Assembly (NCBI GenBank): GCA_032718475.1
Contig: JAUCBJ010005855.1
Span: 4,827 to 68,826 of the forward strand
Direction: 5' to 3'
Origin: Nemertoderma westbladi
Taxonomy: Eukaryota > Animalia > Xenacoelomorpha
Length of the DNA stretch: 64,000 nt
Under the pieces are notes generated by a model. The model saw only the letters and a program-made list of their open reading frames with translations. It had not been told where the DNA came from and ran no database searches. Numbering within the stretch: position 1 is the first letter of the stretch; every line of letters begins with the position of its first letter. The position numbers and the translations under genes were made by a program. Below are positions 50,453 to 63,990 of this stretch, one piece after another.

Positions 50453-52075
50453 CTAATCCTTGGCCGAACGGGCTCGTCTACGCCCTCTAATACGATTGGG
50501 TGGTGGTTGGGATCGAACTGGACTTGGACTTCGGTGTCGAGCTGTTGGTGGTTCCAAAACGCTAGGAAAGGGGACGACGGGAGTTTCGCACATCCGTCGT
50601 GCGCTCAGTCCTCTAAATCCTCGTCCGATTCCAATTGTTGGCTTAACATCGGATCGAGTCTCCACAACGCTAGGAGGAAGTCGAAAGGGTGGGACTGTTC
50701 CGTCCGCTGGCACCTCGCTCTCTGACGTCGTTTGAATTCTAATGGGTTCCGGCAAAGCATATCCTGTCCCTCTGCGTGGTTCTCTAGCGAGGGAAACCGT
50801 GCCCCGAGTCATCCGGATTTGCGACTTCGATGTCGTCCTCTTGGCGACATTTACTACCTTCTTTATCTCTTGTCCAGCCTTCTGGGCTCTAAGTATACGA
50901 AGTTGCGGATCATCCTGTGGGTGATGCGTCCTTTCGGCTAACGGCGTGGCCTTGAAGCCAGTCTCACGCAAAACGTCCGTCTCGTCTAGAATACATGAGG
51001 TTATGCGTTTGTGATAAAATGCGCTCCGGTATGCCCAAGCTATCGAATGCCAGGCTCCTCAATTCCGCTGTTTGACTCGCAATTTGTCGAATTCTCCGGC
51101 GGTAATCTTGTTCACCACAGTTTGAAAGTTCCAAGTGTTCTTGTTGTCGGGGTGTACCTGTAGAAAGTAGTCCCGCACAACCTTAAATCCGCTATCCAGT
51201 GGCAATATATCCAGCACCTCCAAAAGTTCATCGTATTGAGGCATAGCTGACACGTATCCTTCTTTCGACATTATGAGAGGGTTTACGGCCCAAAATCCCA
51301 AGTGTGCTCTCATAGGGAAACGGCGTCGCTGTGTCGATACATGCTCGTCTGCTAGATTCTCCCAATGGTCGAATAGCTGTCAAATTATTTTAACTGACAT
51401 ATGCTCATAGGGGATGTCCCTAAGTTGACATTCTGATGCCCTATGACCTTTAATATTACAATACGTGCACTGCGCCACAAAACGCCAGCAAGTGTAGAAA
51501 GTGTGCGAACGTTGATCCCCGCACCAGTTACATACTAAGTCCAGTAGAGATATGTGTTTCGCTCCGCATTTCTTTGCGTGGTGGCCTGTTGCCCTGCATC
51601 TGCCACAAATAGTGTTGGCAGGGTACCAAACTCGCTCCGTCCCCGCGCGATGCACTTCCTTAAAGTCTGTAATATGTGGAGGCACATTGCGTACGATTTT
51701 CTGTACTATCGTTCTACGCAACTCAGCTGACTCTAACACATCACCAAAGGTAACCGATGGGAGGAAATCCAGGTTCGAAATGATCTCCGGGTGTTCAACT
51801 ATAGGAATCTCATAAGTTGTCTCCTCTCGGGTCGGTATACTAATAGGAAAGCTGGTTGGTCTCGCGACCGGTACTATTGCTTTAGTAGGATGCGGCTGAG
51901 GTTCTCGCGTCATCTCGACATGAGGTATCTGTAGTCTCTGCGACAAACGCTGAGCAAAGGTGATACTATCGAAGACCTCGGGTGTCATCTCCTTAGGTTT
52001 GGTTTGATCGTGGGATATCCAATAAAATGGTAGGCTCACGAGCCTTCCGCCAAACTCCTCAATCTCGCCTTTCTC
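50453..52075 (-). pseudogene. ORF2 remnant of element 3 (knuckles kept, exonuclease region deleted)
   Basis: ORFs 51380-52102, 51059-51313 and 50453-50971 match element 1 ORF2; junction HRAGT|ERVWYP. Confidence 0.85.
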
Positions 52076-52169
52076 ATACGCTAGGTCTAGCGTCCAGGTC
52101 ATCAGATTTCGTCCATCCTTGTTTCCTCTTGACCTTGGCGTTGGCTTTCAATTTAGATTTGACAACTGT

Positions 52170-53660
52170 TGTTCGCGGTATTTCAACTTTTCATAACGCG
52201 AGTTGAATATTTTTTGTATTTATTTAAAATGATTACTCCGATATCACTACTGGGTGCGGGACCATGGGTTTTGGGCACATTCAATGAACTGGGGGCGATT
52301 TATGGGCGAATATTGGGGCAACTTACAGGGTACGGGAATAATTTCATGTTTATAAGGGCCAGGGGTGGGAGGAAAAGTTAAGCAGTATTCAGGTTAGCCT
52401 GAGTACTATTAGGCCCTGGCCAACTTCCTGCTGCCTGTAGAGGTGGATTTGGTAACGCGCCAGGCCTAAAGGACAAGGACTGCCCTTAGCGGTCCCTGGC
52501 CAACAGCAGTTATTACGAGACTGAAAAGAACTCGGAACGCCGGCTGCTTGTGTCAGGGATTTGCGACGGGAAACGACAGCCCCCTTAGCTAAGCCGTACT
52601 GGTTCTCGATGACCGATCCCTTCGGGGTTCGCGAGGGGTAGGACGGACATGCGAAAGGGTTGGCCGACTTACAGAGGAAGGGTTTGACGAGGACTGCCCT
52701 TAGCGGTCTCTGGTCAACAGCAGTTATTACGAGCCTGAAAAGGACATCGGAACGCCGGCTGCTTGTACCAGGGATTTGCGACGGGAACCGACGACAGACC
52801 CCTTAGCTAAGCCGTACTGGTTCTCGATGATCGTTCCCTTCGGGGTTCGTGAGTGGTGGGACGGACATGCGACGGGGTCGAAAGACAAAGGACTCGACTC
52901 TACTGGTCTACCGACTGTTCGGAGCAGTTTCTCGGCCACCGAAGCGACTATGAGCCTGAATAAGGACTCGGAAAGCCTAGGTGGTTGGGTCTCTGCGATG
53001 AACCGACGGACCCCTAGCCAAGCCGTACTGGTTCTCGATGATCGAACCCTTTGGGGTTCGGGAGGGGTGGGACGGACACGCGAACGGGTCCACCGACACG
53101 ACAGACTCCTAGCCAAGCCGTACTGGTTCTCGATGATCAATCCCTTCGGGGTTCGTGAGGGGTGGGACGGATAAGCGACAGAGTCTACCGACTGGACCGA
53201 CCCTTAGCCAAGCCGGGCTGGTTCTTGATGATCGAACCCTTCGGGGTTTGGGAGGGGTGGAACGGACACGCAACAGGGTCGACCGACACCGACACTACAG
53301 CACTACGACTAGGACCGAGGGAAAATCTGGGGAACATTAGGTAGGCTAAAATCTGAGCGAACAGTGGGTAATTAAATAATATACTGTAGGAATTTATATT
53401 GTCGTGTATAATTATTGTGAATATTTGGTGTATATTGATTTGGGGAAGCCCAGTTAATTCTCAATCAGGGTTCAACAGAGTTCAGTTACATTAAAGAGTA
53501 TATCCAACTAATGCAGCTTTTCCTCAACCGCAACCTTGCATCTCAGAAATCATTCCTTCTCCACAATCAATATCCGGTGACTGGCCGGGACTCTGTGGTC
53601 TGTAAAGTCACGTCTCCAGCATCGGCGTTTTTCCCCCCTGGTGTAGGGATAACGGCAACA
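52170..53660. mobile_element. Solo LTR (1491 bp) of a third family nested in element 3
   Basis: TGTT...AACA termini; 5-bp TSD actgt at 52165-52169 and 53661-53665; removal rejoins the element 3 pol sequence. Confidence 0.88.
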
Positions 53661-56600
53661 ACTGTGTCTATTTTTATCTCGGCACCCTCTGGTATGGTAT
53701 TGGTTGTCGCGTCGAATAATGGTGGCCATTTGTCTGATGGTCGTTGTAGGAAATCGGGTCCTCTAAACCAAAAGGATTTATTGTCCGGTTTACAAAAGTT
53801 GATCGGTAGCATCCCCCGTGACGCGATGTCAGCTGGGTTCAGCTTCCCTGGACAGTGACGCCAATCTTGTTTGAGCGACTGGTCCAATATTTCAGCCCGT
53901 CTGTTGGCTACGAAAGTCTTGAACTCAAATGTTTTGTTGTTTATGTACCAAAGTACCAACGTCGCATCCGTCCAATATGTGACCTTCAAGTTAGCCTCCA
54001 GTTCGCATTGAACTAAACTGACAATATCGGTGGATATCGGTAATATATCGGTAAGGCGGATTGCATATGGGCCGTCTCATCACGCAACAATCGCTGCCTT
54101 ATTGATTTGAGTCGCCTCAAAGCAAGCGGGTAGTTGTCAACGAGCTTAGGTTGTCCATTGCGCCACAACATGCCAACCTCGTAGTGGCCATTCGCGGTCT
54201 GGCGAATGGTATCTCTCATAATATTTAATGACCGTTTTTCCTGTTCTGACATAGCGGTCTCATAACTACCGGGTTCTGTTGAGTCCTGTTCTAACCATTG
54301 AATGGTTCGTTCAGTCAGCAGTCGGTCAAGCGCTGCTTGCACTGCGCCATGGTCCTCGCCCACGTCTTCGTCCGCTGTGGTGGCTAGTGTCAATGTGTCT
54401 GGTAGGCTTGCAAGCCTTCCGGTGTCATTAGTCGGCGTCGAATCGTCGTGCGGCGGTTTGACAACCTTTTGATCTGTTGGTAGGCTCGCAAGCCTTCCAA
54501 AACCCTCATTCATCGAGTCATCCACAGCAACAACCCTTTGGTCTTCGGTAGTCAATACAACCTGGTTTACTGCAAGTAGTTGTAAGTCAGATGTCCGTGT
54601 GGTCGTGTCCAGATCAGTTACGTCAGTATCAGTGGCATCTGCGTTAGCGACGCAAGTCTGTCGTAGTGCAGTCTGTAAAATTGGACCACAGGAGTGTGAA
54701 GGAGAATTATCTATCGTGTTAGTCAATAAACTATATGTACTCAAAACGTCGTCCTCCTGGTCACTTACCTCTAGTGAACGTACTGGTGCTCTAGTATACC
54801 AACCTATGGGAGTTCTACATGCGTAGGGGTTGCCCGCTGTAATAACAGATGGGCATGTCTCCCATACCTGATGTAAGTTAAACTGGTCTGTCCCAATTAA
54901 CATCGCGATTGAGCGATAATTAACAGGACATTCCGGTATTCCAAGGTGTTGGAAATACTTACGATCTTCTGGTGATTGCTCTGGCACAGGGCCGAGCAAG
55001 TTACTAAAGTCCTTTGTAGCTGCAAAGGTCAAATTTCTTACCGGAAGTAATGAGCGCTCCTCCTTGCTGTGTCCCGCTTTGGAAAGAAGAGTGTCTAAGG
55101 TTAGTTTTACTCTCGTCACAGGAATTGCTCTCTTACCATGCATGCTGCTTACAGTATACTGAGCAGTCTTACCTTGGCTCATGTCCGTAACTACGTCGGC
55201 TACTTGTTTGTCGACGTAACTATGCGATGACGCAGAGTCTAAGATAGCGTATATACGCTTGCTCCCTCGGGTTCCGGTAATCTTTATGGGAATCACGCTA
55301 AACCCTTTCAATTGGTTCTATGTGAGGAGTGTTACCGATGGTTGTTCCTCCCCCGCATGCACATAAAAGGTGTCGTCTTCCTCTTCGTCCTCGTCCGATG
55401 ATCCCGATTGATCCATACAGACTGAGTAGAAGGTACGAATCTCACGTGGCGCACGCCCTTTATAAAGCGCGTTGCATCTAGCCGCTTTATCTGGATACTC
55501 TCGTCGAAAGCGTTTGGTCGGAGTATGACTGGTTGTGTGAAGTAACGCGTCGTGGTTACGTCCACATAGAGGACATGTATCGTCGCTCGGGCAATCCTTC
55601 CAGACGTGTCCTGGCTTCGTACATCTCCAACAAGAATCCAAAGATCGAATTTGGAGTCTCCTCTCTTCAACTCCCAACTCCCTAAATGCGCGACATCCAC
55701 GAAGTTTATGTCCGCTATGGTTTCTGCCGTTCTTTTCGCAATATGGGCATCCCTCAAAGTCTGCCGGCAACTGTTGTTGTGGCTGCTTGGTGCCGATAGG
55801 CGTCAGAACTTTAGAAGTTTCAGTTGGGATGGCATAAGTCACGGCCTTAGCGTTTGTCGGAAATGGTTTGGTCCGATACGGCGCAGCAATAGCTATTCCT
55901 TCTGCCGCTATATGGTGATTAGTATAGTTGGATCGAGTCTCAATTACGGCCTCCCACGAAATCAGTTGGTAGACGTCGGTGAGTTTCAATAGCCCGCCGG
56001 CTTCTTCATGCTGGTACTCAATGCGTCGCCATTCTCGTCGTAGTCGATGGTGAAGTCGACCGATTATTCGAATGAGAACCGTCAGTGCGTTAGCGTATTC
56101 GAGTTGTCCAATGGACCGTCAAGTCCCTATAGCGTTCTTAATTTCGTCCGCGAGTCATAGGAGATTGATTGATTTCGATATACTGCCTCCTCTGCAAAGG
56201 TCTTCAATAATGGATTTAGCCATGGCGACGTTACGGACGTAAATCGAATATAGACAGTTGTACGCCAACTCAAAGGCATCTGGAACACCAATGAATGTTT
56301 CCGCTAATCGTTTCGGCTCACCAGACAGGACTTGGAGCAAGTAATTAAACTTCTCCGTCGAGGTGAAAGCACACTTAGCGATCTGGGACTCTACGTAGTC
56401 TACCAGTGTATGCCAGTGTTTCGCATTGCCAGAGAACTTCGGCAGTTGTTGTGCCGGTAATCTGTGTCTAGCCGCGAACTTCACAATCTCGCTAACTAAA
56501 TCTAACTGTCCGCGTCCCTGTTCGGTTGCGTCGTCCAGTTGTTCCCTTCCGCGCGTTGTTTGTCGGTAGGAAATATTAACGGGATCTTCTTCTCAATGGG

Positions 56601-58930
56601 TCGGAGTCTGTCTAGTCTCCTGTTCTCTCCTTGGTGGTCGATGTTGTCTAGGTTGTTCCAACTCCACGCTGGTTTGTAATCGATCCGACGGTTGCGCTTC
56701 GAGTCATTCTTCGAGTTGAGCTAGTCGGTCCATTACAGGTCGCATTATTTTGTCGAGTCTGTTGGTGCTGATTGCTTCCGCTGGTTGCAACGTGGGTTTC
56801 CGCAAAGGTGTTTCTCGTGGAGGATTGTTGATGTATGGATTCGTCGATCTCTCCTCCTGTTTGTAATCCGCTGCCGCTGCCGCTCCAGTACGGAATATTT
56901 CCCGTTCCGTCGACTCCGAGTCGCTAGATGAGTCGCTATCGTCCGGATAAGGTGGTCGGCGGGTTCGAGTTTGGCGTATTACCTTTTGTCGAGTACGTTG
57001 AGGTCTGGAATCTACGGTTCTCCATCGTTCGGTAGGCTCGCAAGCCTTCCACGAAGTCGTAGGTCTCGTTAAACATTGTTCGATCCTGTGGGTACTAGCC
57101 ACATCCGTCCTCCTCCGTTGTTCGGTAGGCTCGCAAGCCTTCCACGAAGTCGTAGGTCTCGTCGAACATTGTGTCAAAGGTCGAATAAAACAGTCGGGTT
57201 TTGTAGTTGGTCTATAAATAAGTGGGTTTGCACAGCACGTCACAGGTTTAACTGCTAACGTCTTACTTACCTGTTTAATTGTCATAAACAACAGGTTCCT
57301 CTCTTCCTACAAGTAGACTACGACTTACTGTAGGTGGACTAGTTATGTTACCTGCTAAAATTGGCGATGAAGTCGCCCTAGGTTGCGGTAATTCCGTCAC
57401 AACAAACCTGTTGCCTTGCGTCGAACGCACAGGCGTTATCTCCTTAGGTTTCGTAACGAAGACCGGTTTTATCGGAGTCGTGGGTTTGAGCATAGGAATC
57501 ACTTGTGGAAAACGTTTGCAGTAATCCTTGACAAACTCCTCTCCTCAATCTATCGCTCCCACACTTCCTTCCTCGATTTGTTTCTGTATCCCGCAATATC
57601 GAGTTTTCATGTGATCCAGGGCAGACAAGTCGTGTCCAGCTCGCGATCTTATAGATCTATCTCTCGCGTCGAGTTCGAGGTCCGCTTGCGCGTTCGCTGC
57701 CTTGCGCGATCTTCGATTTAGTTCGAACTGTAGTTGCATCTCCCTTTTGCGTCGATCTGCTACTTGTTGTTGTGCCGCTAACTCCGCCTCTAGTATAGCC
57801 AATCGTGCATTAATTTGTCTCACTTCCAACTTGGCACGCGCGTCAGATGCTGCTTTCTTCCGAGCTAACTCCGCTGCGTTTACTGTCGCAACTCGTGCTA
57901 ATTCGTCGGCTGCAGCTTCTTGTGCCAAATCTTCCTCCAATCTTCTTAGTTCCAAAGCTTTGACTTCTGCTTGCGCTTTGAGTTGCGCAATCCTTGCCTT
58001 GTCCTCTCTTTGCTGTTTCTCGCACTCTATGGTGATCTGTGCCATCTGCCATTGCGCTTCTTCCTCGACGACTTGTTGTCGGCGTGCAACTTCCTGTTGT
58101 TGTCGAGTAATTACAGACGCTGTTCTACTAACGTTGCCAACGTCGCTCTGCATGCTAACGAACGATCTATCCAGTGGTGGATTTTGGTAGGCTTGCGAGT
58201 CTTCCGTAGTAAGAACTTCCGTCGTCCCTCGCGGTTCGACTTCCGGTTCTTCGATCGGTACGCTGTTTCTTCGAAGAAAATTGGTGAGCGTCTCTAACCT
58301 CCTGTCTAGGCAATAAAGTTCTTCTTCCTCTTCGGGTTGTAACAACGCATCCGAAACTGACTCACCTAGCAGTTGGTCGAACTGCTCCTGTTGAGCCAAT
58401 CTTATTACTGACTTAAACTGGAAAAGGCTTTCCCTCGCACTTACCAACTTATCTATTATCTTTACCTGAGTAAAGTTGTCGCCACACAACTCTGCAAGTT
58501 TGTGTAAACCTTTAAGTTTATCTACGGAGGCATGTACCCTACTTTCTATCCTTACCTGTAAGGTGTAGAACTCATATCTCGATATCGGGACGGTTAACTC
58601 GCGTAAAACGCAAAAACCTTCTCCGAGGTTTCGAGTAATCTGGGCCATGTGTCCTCCTATACTTCTAATGACATTTTCTTGGCTTCCCGCCAAGCTTACC
58701 ATGTCTGGTTCCTGTGACCTGGTCTGCGGTACTGTAAGGAAATCCTCGATTCTGCCGTCACCACACATTGCGGCTTCCGGTATTTCCGTTTGGGGTACCG
58801 GCGACGCACGCGGTGTGACATCGGTGGAATCTCGGGTTCTCCTTCTCGGTTCGTCTACTGTCGCTCTGTCCGGGTCGCACGAGTCATAGTCGGTAGGGGG
58901 GTATCGAGTCGAATGTGGTGTGTCACTCAT
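53661..58930 (-). pseudogene. gag: gag-protease and partial RT/RNase H remnant of element 3
   Basis: ORFs 57545-58930, 56704-57291, 56155-56484, 55318-55989, 54013-55311 and 53567-53989 match the element 1 polyprotein. Confidence 0.9.
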
Positions 58931-60796
58931 GTCTTATTATATACGTCAAGTACGGGTAATAAAATGTCAAAGTATCGGAATGTCGAAATGTCAAACTTAC
59001 CTTGGTATATATATAGCATATATATACCCTAACCGGTACAAATAAATCAAAGTCAGAATGTCGAAATGTCAAAATGTCCAAATGTCCAAATGTCAAACTT
59101 ACCTTGATATATATATATATCATATATATACCCTAACCGGTACAAATAAAACTAACAAAGTATATAATAAAATATGTAATAATCTAGCCTACCGGCTAAA
59201 TTTGTACGAATAAGTGAGATAACGGTATACGTTACTAAAATGTAGATCAACAAGTACAAATAATAGGCAAAACAGCAACGTCTAACGGGAAAATAAGTAC
59301 CAACAACACTAATAATTAGACAGTGAAACCCACAAATTTTGAGTACTACTGTGCTTTTAAGTTTGAACGACACGAGTCGTAAAACTTACGCTCCTTTGAT
59401 CTTCCAGTCGTGCAAATTCCCAAATACAAACCGGACGTGGGTTGTTCCGTTTTTCGGCGTCGCGGACGAATTTTGTGTCTCCCAAACTTTGCGAAAAGCG
59501 GTCTAATCTTCGAAGCGGTCCAGAAATGAGTCCTTGAGTCCTGAAAAGTCGAAGGTGAGAGTTTTCCTTCTACTCTACGAAAAATCTTCCTAGGTACCGA
59601 TACAACTTGCTCTTTAAACCCTAGGTACCTTTTCAAGTACCGAAAGTAACACCGCACACACACGGAGTAAAACAAATTGCTACAAACTAACTATTAGCTA
59701 GTCAAATATTAAATACGAAACTACTAGCTACCCTAAAGCCTACTGAAGCAGGGGACGTTCTACAAATTACTAATTTTACTAACCTTAAATTGTAAATATC
59801 TCCTACTTTTACAATAGCTAACAATATATAGTTATATATCTCACTTTTGGGATATATTTACCATTTGCAAATCGCAACTTGCAAATTTAGCAATATATAT
59901 ACCTCACTTTTGGGATATATTTACCATTTGCAAATTGCAACCTGCAAATTTAGCAATAAATATACCTAAATACTGTAACTTGCCGCGGTGTGATTTATAT
60001 GGTTTATATACGAGCTAGTGGGTTAACAGACCTAGCGTAACAATACTGATTTTCTGTACAAAATCAGTCTAAAGAGGGTCGTGCCTAATGTAACAATACT
60101 GCTGCTCAGACAAACAACAGTTTAATAACGAAATAAATACTCCTTCTTGCCGTAACTAAATATCAGATCCTAAATTTACAAATACCAACAGTAAGATATA
60201 TATATTCTGCCTAAAGTAATCTAAAGTGCGCTATCTAGTAGAACTCTAAGGGTAAATATGTTTTAGGGCATGTGTGTGTGGGTGTGTTACAATAAAACAA
60301 TTTTGGTGTATATCATTTTACTAGGTTTTAGTGATTTTCTGACCAAAATAATACCGTGCGCTAGCTACGAAAATAAGCTAGTCGCGTTTTGTAGAACTTT
60401 ATACTTACAAATGCCATCAAAGCTCTCTCCTTCCTATCCACAACTCAACCGGGCAACCATGGTGTTAGTAACTACACCCGTGATCGGCACAAATACCAGA
60501 TTCTGGTTGTAAGATAAGAAATAGGGGTTAATTGCCACCGTACGTTAGCTGATCTGGTATACAAATTTTATTCTAGAACTTTGTTGCCGCGGTGGTTAGC
60601 AGCAATACCTATCAGTACGTGGCAAGGCGCGGTAGGATATTAATAAACCTCCCTAGGCCAAGCGGAGTGCCGGTAGCAGAAATACTCCTTGCCTGATCAA
60701 ATAACTAAGGTTCAGACAAGGGGGGGGGGGGGTACTAATGTATATTCTACAAAGCGAACCGGTACCAAACGGTCAGTAGTACGAATCACTAAATTA

Positions 60797-61787
60797 TGGA
60801 ACATATGCTGTCCGTACCTAATATGTACTCACGTACTGACAAACGGCAATAGTTTGTAGCTGTGAGGTATACAGGTTAACCCAGGGATTTGTAATACTGA
60901 TGGGGGGGGGGTGGTTATCTGAATCTAACTATTTGATCCTAAATTTTGCGGCATCACAGAACGGCGTCACGCTTAACCTGATCTATAGGTCTTACGTCGG
61001 GGAAGGGCGTCAAACAAAGTCTTATCTTCCTCGGAAATCGGGCGCTGTATGGCAAGGTGGAGTATTTCAAAGGGCGAAGGGGGTGCGCGGTCTAAGCTAA
61101 TGTGGAAGGTAGCGTGTTGTGGACATATTTTCCCTGCGTTGCTGACGGCCTAACGGTCTAGGCGGCCATCTTCCTAATGCTTGGCTGTCCCAAAGGTGGA
61201 CGTTTAGAAATATACATGTTCAGAAGTTTGCAGTATATTTGCAGTTTAGCAAATGATTATCAAACAGATTTATAACAAAACAAATAAAGTAAGCAAGATA
61301 CAAGTATGACAACTAAAGTATAACGAGAAGTTATACACAAATGATTAGTGTGTGTCATAAGAGTGAAGTGATAACCGAAGGCAAACCAGCCTTTATATAC
61401 TAAATCTGGGACATAGAATCCGCTAGAACCTTCCAGAGCATTCCATGGCCTCACATTGGAGCAATAAGATGTTCTATGCCCTATGATTGGCCCAACTCAT
61501 CGTGTTCCATGTGTTGTACGCACCTCATTGGTTTATCTAATTATACCAAATGAAAATAAATTGCCCAAAAATGCAAATTTCCCGACTGGGATTCGAACTC
61601 GTAACCTATCTGTAATGCAACCAAAGCCTTAACCATCTGACCACTACGCCATGAGATTAACTAGGGTTTTATGTGTACCAATATGAATAGGCATATTACA
61701 TTACTGTAATTTAATCAAAATGCGTCGGATTTTAGAAAGTTTTTACGTTAAACTACAAATGCTATCTTATAGTGAAATAATCCATCA
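60797..61787 (-). repeat. 5' LTR of element 3
   Basis: Homology with the other LTRs ends at 61787 (TGATG on the minus strand). Confidence 0.9.
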
Positions 61788-62725
61788 CAGTATACAATAA
61801 TAGCACGGTTAATGACGACGGTCTAAACCATCTTGCTTCCACACTACTCTGTATAAACCAACTAAACAACAGGTAATAAAGACAACGTTTACATTACTAA
61901 CACATATGGAATATTGCTACTTAGTACTTGGCCTGGCCAATGGATGCGCATTAATCAGATGGTAATCTGCCCCACCATTGGCTACTCTGCTCTTCCCTCC
62001 TCTGGCACTCCCTATTCTCTGATGCCCACATGCTAGCCTTCTCCCCCCCCCCCCCCCCCCGAGATGGCTTGTAGCCTCTCATATCTCCCTGTGGCTGGCC
62101 GTGTATATTGCCTTCGTTGGTTGTTAGGTGACATTATATTGGTAATGTCACCTAGGCAACTATAATTGGTAAAAAGCCACTTTCCCATTTTCCGCTGGGT
62201 GGTGCCGCAAATTGGATCCGCTAACAAATCATATTGCCTAAAACGTGATGAGTTATAGTTAATTAGAGAAGAAGGCTTGTGATAGGCCACAACCTGCCGA
62301 CTGGGTGCGACCATTAGTCGCCAAAAACGGGTCGAATGGGATTTACGTCGAGTCCCCCCCCCCCCCCCCCCCCTGTCTCAGAACATAAGGCTGATTTAAC
62401 TATTGGAGTTGGATGTGAAGGGGAGGAGAGGGGGGGGGGGGGGGGTAACGTCTTAAACAGACAGATGAATTGCAATTCGTTATATTACAAAATTGGATTA
62501 AAACATAACTGTGTCAAACAATAAAGCTAAGAAAATTTCTTAGCATTATAATAAATCGTATAATAATGATATTTATTATTAACGATAATTAATTAACGAT
62601 AACAGAGCACAACATATTTACTTATTATTTTAACAAATTAAGGAAAATTATATATTTATTAATTAGTAACACAACACAAAAAAACAGATTAAATATAATA
62701 TAATACAGTACAATAAATACTGTAA

Positions 62726-63990
62726 TCAGTAGTTACCCAAATCAGCGCCACGCAAACCCGCACCGTCTCCAAATCCCAAGCCCCGCCACGGACGCCGACC
62801 TCCACGGAGGCAGAGGGAGCTAGACCGGAGGAGCGCGAACTGCAGCCGCCGGCGAACACCCCCCAGCACGCACGCGAGGCCCCTCTCACGCATACCATCC
62901 CGCCGAGCCACAAGTGACTCCGCTAGATGGTGAATTAGTATTTGAGCCTCGGTGCACCAGACACCATCGGTGGTGCCAACCAGGGGGGTGAAGGCCATCC
63001 TCCGGTCGTTGCAGACGGTCTGGTAGTGTCGCTTCTTCAGCCGACACCACTCCTCCAGGAGAGATGCAGTTGAACGGTTGGTCTGGACATACGAGGTGGC
63101 GTCAGCGTTGATTAACGCAATGTCGAACAACGCCACCCGTTGATTGGCCCAGACCCCCCGAGCAACCAGATCTGCCCGTATGCCCCCCACCTCACGGCCC
63201 TCCCGATCCAAGTACCCCCTGGAAAGAGTCACTTCCCGCTCAACGCTGGAAGGACCAACCACAGAGGCTATCAGCTCCCAGAATACCTCCCGGGCCTCAT
63301 CATGCGCTTTATCACCAGCCCACCGGACTTGCAGCTCAAAACATGGGATGTGGAGAATGGGCCCCCACACCCCTCACACTTCACAGGCAAATCCGGGGTA
63401 CAAGGCCATACCGGAGCACCAGACAATCCCGGAACTCCTCCAGGTTTAGGTCCGTGTTGTCCAGCACCGATGGCTGGGCTGTCAGCCAGCCTCCGGTCCT
63501 GTGCTGGGTTGCCAGCTCCACTGCCCGCCTTCTGTGGCGGGTAGCTCCCGTACGGTCGCCTCCTGCTTCGCCGTATATATGGCATCCTGGTAAACCCATG
63601 CCTCCTTTAGGAAATCTCTGAGTCTGGCGACGTGGTCAGCAGCATGGAGTGGCTGGCCGGACCGGACAGCCTCAGAGACCAGTGAGGTCCCATCGGTGGA
63701 TGCTGACCGGGCTGGACCAACCCGCATTGGAACTGCTTGGCGATTTCGGAAAGCCGCTCGATACTTTTGACCCAGCCAGCTACTTTATCCGCTACATAAT
63801 CCTTCCGGCCGACTGTTGAACCAATGTAGCCACCGAGAAACCTCTGTCCCAACACGATCTGGATCCGGATGGACCAAACAGCGCCTGTGCCTCGTCCTCG
63901 AAACCCGGCTTGACGATTAAGAAGCTCTTAGTCGGCGGGGTTGTATCCTATACCAGGTCCCAGTTTACACAGCTCACGCCACCAGCTCCA
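62726..63990 (-). mobile_element. CRE-like non-LTR retrotransposon 3' part (end of RT, CCHC finger, restriction-like endonuclease), frameshifted
   Basis: RFLGGYIG, GWLTAQP, EEFRDCLVLRYG, CEGCG...HVLSCKSGG, HDEAR, RADLVARGVW, ALFDI, KKRHY, FTPLV.TTDG. Confidence 0.82.

Larger units (their letters stand above)
48898..61787 (-). mobile_element. Internally deleted BEL/Pao element 3, same family as element 1
   Basis: Colinear with element 1; lacks most of RT, all of integrase, the ORF2 N-terminus and the exonuclease region. Confidence 0.93.

Noticed and set aside
52727-53344. ORFs inside the solo LTR
   Set aside because: Products of GC-rich tandem repeats, open on both strands, with no protein motifs.
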